A stretch of 64,000 bases of DNA. It comes from Candidatus Omnitrophota bacterium. GTDB lineage: Bacteria; Ratteibacteria; UBA8468; MWAK01. The translations under genes were made by a program, and so were the position numbers. The notes under the pieces are model-generated. The model worked only from the letters and a program-made list of their open reading frames with translations, did not search any database and was not told the DNA's origin. The stretch lies in the NCBI GenBank assembly GCA_043826355.1, contig JBDRQI010000030.1, positions 44,102 to 108,101 on the forward strand. Direction: 5' to 3'. Of this stretch, positions 57,086 through 64,000 are shown in pieces (within the stretch, counting starts at the first letter, position 1; every line of letters begins with the position of its first letter).

Positions 57086-58171
57086 ATGAATAATGGGACC
57101 AAAACAATAAAACTTGAAGATTTGGGCTATAACGCATTTTTTGAATCTAACCGGAAAACACTGAGGTTAACAGATTATGCGGTTGCAAGGATTGTCGCCG
57201 AACATAAAGAGGCGTATAGCGTAAAAGGGGTAAACGGCGAATACCTGGCGAAAATAACCGGCAAGCATATATTCAACGCCACAAAAAGAGAAGACTATCC
57301 TGCGGTGGGGGATTGGGTATCTATAACTGAACTCGACAAAGAACAAGCGGTCATTCACAAAATTCTGCCGAGAAAGACCATACTTAGGAAAAAATATAGC
57401 GGCAAGCAAGAAATTCAGGTTATTGCCGCAAATGTTGATGTTGCGTTTATTATTGAATCAGCGGATAGGGATTATAATCTTAATCGTTTTGAAAGATATT
57501 TTGTTTTAGCAAGCGAAGGAAATATTAAGCCGGCAATCATATTAAATAAAATTGATTTGATTTCAGAAGTGGAATTGAACTTAAGATTAGGTCAAATAAA
57601 AAACAGATTTAATGATGTTGATGTTGTTGCAACCAGTACGATTACCGAAAAGGGATTAAATGAATTGGTGAGTTACATTGTAACGGGGAAAACTTATTGC
57701 TTTCTTGGTTCGTCCGGGGTAGGAAAATCATCCTTAATAAACAAATTGCTGGGAAGAGATGTTGCTAAAATAAGAGAGATAAGCGAATCTACCGGCAAAG
57801 GCAAGCACACTACCACGGAAAGAGATATGTATTTTTTGAGAAATGGCGGAATCGTAATTGATAATCCGGGAACGAGAGAAGTTGGGATAGCGGGCGCAAG
57901 CGCCGGGATAGAGGATACGTTTGATGAAATAACTTTTTTGGCAAGAAAATGTAAATATCTTGACTGCACGCATATACACGAATCCGGCTGTGCTGTTTTA
58001 AAAGCTATTAAAACCAAAAAGTTGGACGAAAACCGGTATTTTAATTATGTTAAGTTAAAAAAAGAAACTGAATACTATGAGATGACGGAGTTTGAAAAAA
58101 GAAGAAAAGACCGTAAATTCGGAAAATTTATTAAAAAATCGCTGGAACGATTAAAGAAATACGAATCTTGA
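57086..58171 (+). CDS. rsgA: Ribosome small subunit-dependent GTPase A
   Basis: 'PAVGDWV', NKID, GSSGVGKS, 'GKHTTT', 'DNPG.RE' and the C..C.H..E..C Zn motif. Confidence 0.95.
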   Translation: MNNGTKTIKLEDLGYNAFFESNRKTLRLTDYAVARIVAEHKEAYSVKGVNGEYLAKITGKHIFNATKREDYPAVGDWVSITELDKEQAVIHKILPRKTILRKKYSGKQEIQVIAANVDVAFIIESADRDYNLNRFERYFVLASEGNIKPAIILNKIDLISEVELNLRLGQIKNRFNDVDVVATSTITEKGLNELVSYIVTGKTYCFLGSSGVGKSSLINKLLGRDVAKIREISESTGKGKHTTTERDMYFLRNGGIVIDNPGTREVGIAGASAGIEDTFDEITFLARKCKYLDCTHIHESGCAVLKAIKTKKLDENRYFNYVKLKKETEYYEMTEFEKRRKDRKFGKFIKKSLERLKKYES

Positions 58172-58188
58172 TTATTAGAGAATGATAC

Positions 58189-59628
58189 ATGGACTATAAA
58201 TTAGAACGGATTGATGAATACCGGGTGCTGATACCGCAGGAAGCGGGGATGCGGGTGCCGGGGATGATTTACGCCTCGGAAAAGACGCTACCGAAAATCA
58301 GGCTGGACCGTTCTCCGGAGCAGGTGGCGAATATGGCGCAACTGCCGGGAATCCTGCGTTATTCCTTGGCGATGCCGGATATTCACTGGGGATACGGCGC
58401 GCCGATTGGCGGAGTGGCCGCTTTCGACTTGAAAGAAGGCGTGGTTGCGCCCGGCATCGTCGGGTACGATATTAACTGTGGAGTCAGACTTCTGCGGACA
58501 AATCTGCACAAAGAAGAGGTTGCCGGAAAGTTGAAAGAATTGGTGGATGCGTTGTACCGGAATATTCCCTGCGGGGTCGGCGCCTCCGGACAACTGGAAC
58601 TTTCCCGGCCGAAACTGGCAGATGTTTTAAAGAACGGCGCGGCCTGGGCGGTGAAGAACGGTTATGGGAGCGAAGCGGCATTGGCGGTGCTGGAAGAGTC
58701 AGGCCGGTACGAATTAGCCAATCCGGACAAGGTTAGTGACCATGCCTGTCAGCGCGGAAGCAACCAACTGGGAACCCTGGGCAGCGGCAACCATTTTTTG
58801 GAGATTCAGGAGGTTAAAGAGATATTTGACCGCGAGGTTGCGGGGGTGTTTCGTCTCTTCACCGGTCAGGTCACGATTATGATTCATACCGGCAGCCGGG
58901 GGTTGGGTTATCAGGTGGCCGAGGATTATCTTGCTTTATTCGGTAAGACCAGCCGAAAATACGGCTTTTTTCTTCCGGACCAGCAGTTGGTTTATGCGCC
59001 GGTTGAGTCGGAAGAGGGCAGGAGTTATCTGGGCGCAATGGCTGCGGCAGCCAATTTTGCCTGGGCGAACCGTCAGGTTATCGCTTTCCGGACCGCGGAA
59101 ACCCTGAAGAAAGTATTGGGTAAGAACGAAAGCGAGATTGGTTTGGCGACGGTTTACGATGTGGCTCACAATATCGCCAAGATTGAGGAACACATATTTA
59201 ACGGAAAGAAGGTAAAGGTACTGGTCCATCGCAAGGGCGCCACCCGCGCTTTTCCGGCAAATAGCCCGGGTATACCGGATATGTATAAAAAAGTGGGCCA
59301 GCCGGTTTTGATGCCCGGCACGATGGGAACCGCTTCTTACGTTTTAATCGGTACCGAAAGAGCGCTTTCGGAAACCTGGGGTTCCACCTGCCACGGCGCC
59401 GGACGTAACCTCTCCCGGCACGAAGCGGTGCGCCGGATGAAAGGCCGGTCGGCCATAAAGGAATTGGCTGCGGTTGGCGTGCTGGCGCGGGCGCCCGGTC
59501 TTTCCGGACTGGCGGAGGAGATGCCCGAAGCGTATAAAGACGTGGACGAGGTAGTTAAAATTGTTGAAGGCGGCGGTCTTTCACGACGGGTCAGCCGGAT
59601 GGTTCCGTTTGCGGTTGTTAAAGGATAA
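58189..59628 (+). CDS. rtcB: RNA ligase RtcB
   Basis: 'MPDIHWGYG', 'DINCG', 'GSGNHF', 'HTGSRG', 'HRKGAT', 'HGAGR' and 'AYKD' motifs. Confidence 0.95.
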   Translation: MDYKLERIDEYRVLIPQEAGMRVPGMIYASEKTLPKIRLDRSPEQVANMAQLPGILRYSLAMPDIHWGYGAPIGGVAAFDLKEGVVAPGIVGYDINCGVRLLRTNLHKEEVAGKLKELVDALYRNIPCGVGASGQLELSRPKLADVLKNGAAWAVKNGYGSEAALAVLEESGRYELANPDKVSDHACQRGSNQLGTLGSGNHFLEIQEVKEIFDREVAGVFRLFTGQVTIMIHTGSRGLGYQVAEDYLALFGKTSRKYGFFLPDQQLVYAPVESEEGRSYLGAMAAAANFAWANRQVIAFRTAETLKKVLGKNESEIGLATVYDVAHNIAKIEEHIFNGKKVKVLVHRKGATRAFPANSPGIPDMYKKVGQPVLMPGTMGTASYVLIGTERALSETWGSTCHGAGRNLSRHEAVRRMKGRSAIKELAAVGVLARAPGLSGLAEEMPEAYKDVDEVVKIVEGGGLSRRVSRMVPFAVVKG

Positions 59629-59657
59629 ATGATATAATTTCCAATTTTCGCCCATTA

Positions 59658-59730
59658 TGTCATTCTGAGGCGAAGCCGAAGAATCCCGTCGTTAAAGAGA
59701 GATCATTCGCAAATACTGCTCAGGATGACA
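59658..59730. repeat. REP-like family A element (reverse orientation)
   Basis: TGTCATTCTGAG...CTCAGGATGACA. Confidence 0.85.
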
Positions 59731-59742
59731 CGGATAGTATTT

Positions 59743-60531
59743 ATGGAAAAAATCCTGGTTTGTATTAAACAAGTACCGGATACGATGGAGGTGCGTATTG
59801 ACCCGGAGACCAACCGCATTATCCGGGAAGGCGTACCCAGCATCGTAAATCCTTACGATTTTTATGCCATGGAGTCCGGCCTGCGCCTGAAAGAAAAATA
59901 CGGCGGCACCGCCATTGTCTGTTCGATGGGTCCGCCTCAAGCGGAAAATGCCTTGCGTGAGGCGCTAAGCCTGGGATTTGACCAGGCTTTTCTTTTGAGC
60001 GACCGGGGATTTGCCGGCAGCGACACGCTGGCGACATCTTATACGCTATCCTGCCTGGTCCGGAAATTGATGCCGGTGGATATCGTTATCTGCGGACGGG
60101 AGGCGATGGATGGTTCTACCGGTCAGGTTGGTCCGGAACTCTCGGAAAATCTGGGCTGGCCTTTTTTTTCCTGCGTCAGCGAAATCAAGGAGATCGTCAA
60201 TTCCCGTCTGAAAGTGCGACGGATGATGGAGGACCATTATGAGGAGATTGAGGGCCCGATTCCGGCGGTTATGACTGTGGTTAAGGAGATTGCCGAACCC
60301 AGAATGCCTTCATTGAAAGGCATATTGAAAGCGAAGAAGGCGGAAATTGTCGTTTTAAATAAAAGTGATTTGGAAGGTGAAGACCTGCGCTTCGGCTCTT
60401 CCGGATCGCCCACCTGGGTAGTTAAGGTGTGGACGCCGGAAGTGCATAAAAAAGGGATGGTGATTGAAGGCGAACCAACCGAAATTGCGCAAAAACTCTA
60501 TCAAGAATTAAAAAAACAAAACGTTTTATGA
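59743..60531 (+). CDS. etfB: Electron transfer flavoprotein beta subunit
   Basis: 'CIKQVPD', 'MGP', 'AGSDTLATS' and 'DG.TGQVGP' motifs. Confidence 0.93.
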   Translation: MEKILVCIKQVPDTMEVRIDPETNRIIREGVPSIVNPYDFYAMESGLRLKEKYGGTAIVCSMGPPQAENALREALSLGFDQAFLLSDRGFAGSDTLATSYTLSCLVRKLMPVDIVICGREAMDGSTGQVGPELSENLGWPFFSCVSEIKEIVNSRLKVRRMMEDHYEEIEGPIPAVMTVVKEIAEPRMPSLKGILKAKKAEIVVLNKSDLEGEDLRFGSSGSPTWVVKVWTPEVHKKGMVIEGEPTEIAQKLYQELKKQNVL

Positions 60532-61715
60532 AAATTACAGTAGATACCGTAGAATGTACCGGCTGCAGTCTCTGCGTTAAGGCCTGTCCGTTCAACGCCA
60601 TTAAGGTGGAGAACGGGGTAGCGATAGTTGACCTTGACCTCTGCAATTACTGCGGCGCCTGCGTGGAAGAGTGTCCGTCTGAAGCGATCGTCGTGGAAAG
60701 GGATGCGCCGGCGGAAGGCGTTAAGGAACTTTCTGCATATCAGGATTTGTGGGTTTTTGCGGAACAGCGCGCCGGCAAACTGGCACACGTCTCTTTTGAA
60801 CTTTTGTCTGAAGGAAGGAAACTGGTTTCGGGTTTAGGCCAGAAATTGTGCGCGGTCTATATCGGCCCGCCGGGCGGCAATACCGAGGAACTTTTGCGCC
60901 GGGGCGCCGATAATGTTTACGCGGTCCTCAATGATTCCCTCCTCCATTTTCAGGATGATATTTTTACCGATATCCTGGCGCACCTGGTTAAGCGTTACAA
61001 ACCCGCCATACTTCTGGCGGGAGCCACCTATATTGGCCGTTCTTTTATTCCCCGGACTGCGGCCCGTCTGCGAACCGGCCTGACCGCCGATTGTACCGGC
61101 CTGGAGATTGATCCGGAGACCAGGCTTTTAAGACAGACCCGGCCCACTTTCGGCGGAAACCTGATGGCAACCATTCTTTGCGAGAAACACCGGCCCCAGA
61201 TGTCGACGGTGCGGCCGCGCACCTTTGATGAAGCGCCGGTAACATCAGCCGTTGACAAAAACCGGATAATAGAAATTTCCCTTTCGGAGATAAAGCCGAA
61301 CAACCGTCTCAACCTGCTGGAAATGATTCCCGGTACCGAGGAGATAGATTTAACCGATGCGGATATCATTGTTTCCGGCGGCCGGGGGCTGGGTAAACCG
61401 GAGGGATTCGCGTTGATTAGGGAACTGGCCGATGCCTTGGGCGGCGTGGTCGGTTCCAGCCGGGCTGCGGTTGACGCCGGCTGGATTTCCTACGCTCACC
61501 AGGTGGGTCAGACCGGAAAAACGGTGAAACCGAAACTTTACATCTCCTGCGGAATCTCAGGCGCGATTCAACATCTGGCCGGAATGGGCACCTCAGACGT
61601 GATTGTGGCGATTAACAAGGATGCAGCCGCTCCCATCTTCAGGTCTGCCAACTACGGTTTGGTAGGCGATCTTTACGAAATTATACCCGCACTGCTTAAG
61701 GTTATCCGGGGCTAG
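60528..61715 (+). CDS. etfA: Electron transfer flavoprotein alpha subunit with N-terminal 2x[4Fe-4S] ferredoxin
   Basis: Two CxxCxxCxxxCP motifs, then 'GLTADC', 'QVGQTG', 'GISGAIQH' and 'AINKD'. Confidence 0.93.
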   Translation: MKITVDTVECTGCSLCVKACPFNAIKVENGVAIVDLDLCNYCGACVEECPSEAIVVERDAPAEGVKELSAYQDLWVFAEQRAGKLAHVSFELLSEGRKLVSGLGQKLCAVYIGPPGGNTEELLRRGADNVYAVLNDSLLHFQDDIFTDILAHLVKRYKPAILLAGATYIGRSFIPRTAARLRTGLTADCTGLEIDPETRLLRQTRPTFGGNLMATILCEKHRPQMSTVRPRTFDEAPVTSAVDKNRIIEISLSEIKPNNRLNLLEMIPGTEEIDLTDADIIVSGGRGLGKPEGFALIRELADALGGVVGSSRAAVDAGWISYAHQVGQTGKTVKPKLYISCGISGAIQHLAGMGTSDVIVAINKDAAAPIFRSANYGLVGDLYEIIPALLKVIRG

Positions 61716-61719
61716 GAAT

Positions 61720-61749
61720 TTGACCCAAATCCCAATAATAAGTTATAAT
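61720..61749 (+). promoter_or_regulatory. Putative sigma70 promoter for fusA
   Basis: TTGACC-18 bp-TATAAT in the 42-bp gap between etfA and fusA. Confidence 0.55.
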
Positions 61750-61757
61750 TTTCAATT

Positions 61758-63860
61758 ATGGTAATGGATAAATTAGCAGATAAAACAACGGGAGCCAGAA
61801 TCGGCGGAGAAGAGCATCTGCAACTTTCTCGCCTCCGTAATGTCGGAATCATCGCTCATATTGATGCGGGTAAAACGACGACGACCGAACGGATGCTTTA
61901 TCATAGCGGCAAACTGTACCGCATCGGCGGGGTTGATGAAGGTACAACCGCGATGGACTGGATGGAGCAGGAACGGGAGCGGGGAATAACCATTACCTCT
62001 GCGGCCACCACTTTTAAGTGGCGCGGTTACGAGATTAGTTTGATTGATACGCCCGGACACGTTGATTTTACGATGGAGGTGGAGCGGTCCTTAAGGGTGC
62101 TGGACGGTGCGGTGGGTATCTTCTGCGCGGTCGGCGGCGTGGAGCCGCAGTCGGAAACGGTCTGGCACCAGGCGAACCGTTACGAAGTCCCGCGCATTGC
62201 CTACGTTAACAAAATGGACCGGGTCGGTGCCGACTTTTTTGAGGCAGTCAGGATGATGCGGGACCGGCTTGGTTCCGACCCATATCCGATTCAACTGCCG
62301 CTCGGCCAGGCAGATACTTTTTCCGGCATCATCGACCTGATCCGGATGGAAGCGTTTACTTACGGGGATGAAGAGGGGCAGAACGTTATTCGGGGACCAA
62401 TTCCGGACTCTTTCCTTCCGGCCGCCGAAGAATGCCGCAAGACGCTTCTGGAACGGCTGGCCGAGTATGACGAAGAAGTGATGTCCCTTTATCTGGAAGA
62501 AAAAAAACTTTCCAAAACCTTAATCATTAAGGCTTTGCGCCGGGAAACACTGACGGGCCGGATTCTGCCGGTCCTGTGCGGTTCTTCCTTCCGCAACAAG
62601 GGTATACAGTTACTGATGGATGCCATCTGCAATTATTTGCCTTCACCGCTGGATCTTCCGCCGATTGAAGGATATAATCCTGATAACGATAAAGAGATTA
62701 CGCGAGTTTCTTCACCTAAAGAACATTTTTCCGCGCTGGCCTTCAAAATTGCCACCGACCCTTATGTTGGCCGACTTACTTATATGCGAATTTATTCCGG
62801 GACAATGAAATCCGGGTCAACCGTATATAACACCAATCGTTCGCTTCGGGAACGGATTAACCGTATTCTACGAATGCACGCTAACCGCAGTGAAGACCTT
62901 AAGTTTGCGGAAGCCGGGGAGATTGTGGCCGTAGTCGGTTTGAAGGGTACGAAAAACGGCGATACGCTTTGTGCGGAAAAACACCCGATAGTCTTGGAGC
63001 GGATGAATATCCCGGAGCCGGTTGTTTCGGTGGCGATTGAGCCCAGAACCAGGGCCGATTCCGAGAAGATGGGGGTAGCGCTTTCCAAACTTTCCGAGGA
63101 GGATCCTACTTTCCGGGTTCGCGTAGACCCGGAGACAAGCGAAACGATAATTTCCGGGATGGGTGAACTCCATCTGGAAATTATTCAGGACCGGATGGTG
63201 CGCGAGTTCAAGGTGGAGGCAAAAGCGAGCCAGCCCCAGGTCGCCTTCCGGGAAACAATCACCAGGTCCGCCGAGGCGGAAGGGAAGTTTGTCCGCCAGA
63301 CCGGTGGCCGGGGTCAATACGGCCACGTTGAACTGCGGGTGGAGCCGTTGCCCCGGGGAAGCGGTGTGATTTTTGAGGAAAAAATTAAGGGCCAGGATGT
63401 TCCGAAGGAATATTTCCCGGCGGTGGAGAAAGGTGTGCGGGAGGCAGCCGAGACCGGGGTCGTGCAGGGCTTTCCGGTGATTGACCTTAAAATAACTTTT
63501 TTTGACGGTTCTTATCACCCGGTCGATTCTTCGGAAATTGCTTTTAATATTGCCGCTGGTATGGCTTTCAAGGAGGCGGTCCGCAAAGCCGCGCCGGTTG
63601 TGCTGGAACCGATTATGAAACTGGAAGTGACCACGCCGGAGGAGTTTTTGGGCGGCGTTCTCGGTGATATAACCAGCCGCAAGGGACGGATCGAGGAGAT
63701 TCGTGACCGTCACAAAATGAAGTTTGTTCGTGGTATGGCGCCCCTGTCGCATCTTTTTGGATATACTACGACTTTGCGTTCTGTTACCCAGGGCCGGGCA
63801 AGTTACGTTATGGAGCCCAGCCATTATGAACCAGCACCGATTGAAAAAACCAAGGATTAA
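61758..63860 (+). CDS. fusA: Elongation factor G
   Basis: AHIDAGKTT, RGITI, DTPGH, NKMD, 'GMGELHL' and 'DGSYH.VDSSE' motifs. Confidence 0.97.
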   Translation: MVMDKLADKTTGARIGGEEHLQLSRLRNVGIIAHIDAGKTTTTERMLYHSGKLYRIGGVDEGTTAMDWMEQERERGITITSAATTFKWRGYEISLIDTPGHVDFTMEVERSLRVLDGAVGIFCAVGGVEPQSETVWHQANRYEVPRIAYVNKMDRVGADFFEAVRMMRDRLGSDPYPIQLPLGQADTFSGIIDLIRMEAFTYGDEEGQNVIRGPIPDSFLPAAEECRKTLLERLAEYDEEVMSLYLEEKKLSKTLIIKALRRETLTGRILPVLCGSSFRNKGIQLLMDAICNYLPSPLDLPPIEGYNPDNDKEITRVSSPKEHFSALAFKIATDPYVGRLTYMRIYSGTMKSGSTVYNTNRSLRERINRILRMHANRSEDLKFAEAGEIVAVVGLKGTKNGDTLCAEKHPIVLERMNIPEPVVSVAIEPRTRADSEKMGVALSKLSEEDPTFRVRVDPETSETIISGMGELHLEIIQDRMVREFKVEAKASQPQVAFRETITRSAEAEGKFVRQTGGRGQYGHVELRVEPLPRGSGVIFEEKIKGQDVPKEYFPAVEKGVREAAETGVVQGFPVIDLKITFFDGSYHPVDSSEIAFNIAAGMAFKEAVRKAAPVVLEPIMKLEVTTPEEFLGGVLGDITSRKGRIEEIRDRHKMKFVRGMAPLSHLFGYTTTLRSVTQGRASYVMEPSHYEPAPIEKTKD

Positions 63861-63885
63861 TTTTTTGTGCAATCGGAGGTAATTT

Positions 63886-64000
63886 ATGGCCAAGGAAAAG
63901 TTTGAACGCGGCGGAAAGCCCCACGTAAACGTCGGTACCATCGGTCACGTTGACCACGGCAAGACTACTCTCACCAGCGCCATCACGCTCTGTCTTTCCA
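63886..64000 (+). CDS. tuf: Elongation factor Tu, 5' portion
   Basis: [30 protein letters not shown] with a GGAGG RBS. Absent from the ORF track because it is truncated. Confidence 0.95.
   Translation, partial: MAKEKFERGGKPHVNVGTIGHVDHGKTTLTSAITLCLS

Noticed and set aside
62868..63941. 357-aa ORF on the minus strand
   Set aside because: Antisense shadow of fusA/tuf with no recognisable motifs.

Overview
A gene-dense chromosomal window from a diderm, probably anaerobic bacterium. The lifestyle is inferred from lpxB, msbA, type II secretion pseudopilins, a ferredoxin-fused EtfA and an NrdG-like activase. In order it contains: (1) an AT-rich surface-glycan cluster with glycosyltransferases, methyltransferases and a B12 radical SAM enzyme (1-10.8 kb); (2) a five-gene amino-sugar operon (10.9-16.4 kb); (3) a minus-strand run from a 6S RNA through a RarA/5-formyl-THF cyclo-ligase fusion, tRNA-Pro, an ECF sigma/anti-sigma pair and redox genes; (4) priA, tmk and holB; (5) a tatAC/Fe-S/DUF362 block flanked by a perfect 115-bp osmC repeat; (6) a PlpD-like patatin and a glycoside-hydrolase-like gene; (7) tRNA-Leu, gspG/I/J/K/L/M, lpxB, msbA, cimA, xseB, uvrA and a lipoate ligase; (8) a tRNA-Ala to tRNA-Ser accessory stretch; (9) rsgA, rtcB, etfBA, fusA and the start of tuf. 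The most striking unexplained structure is at the tRNA genes. Ala, Leu and Ser are each followed by an inverted copy of their own T-arm, a hairpin-rich core and a direct repeat of their own 3' end, and Pro has a duplicated 5' end instead. Other notable items are an rsgA insertion that left a dead copy of the rtcB 5' end, a mini-island remnant upstream of tRNA-Ser, and several REP-like palindrome families, some translated into proteins. No CRISPR array, rRNA, intact integrase or transposase was seen.
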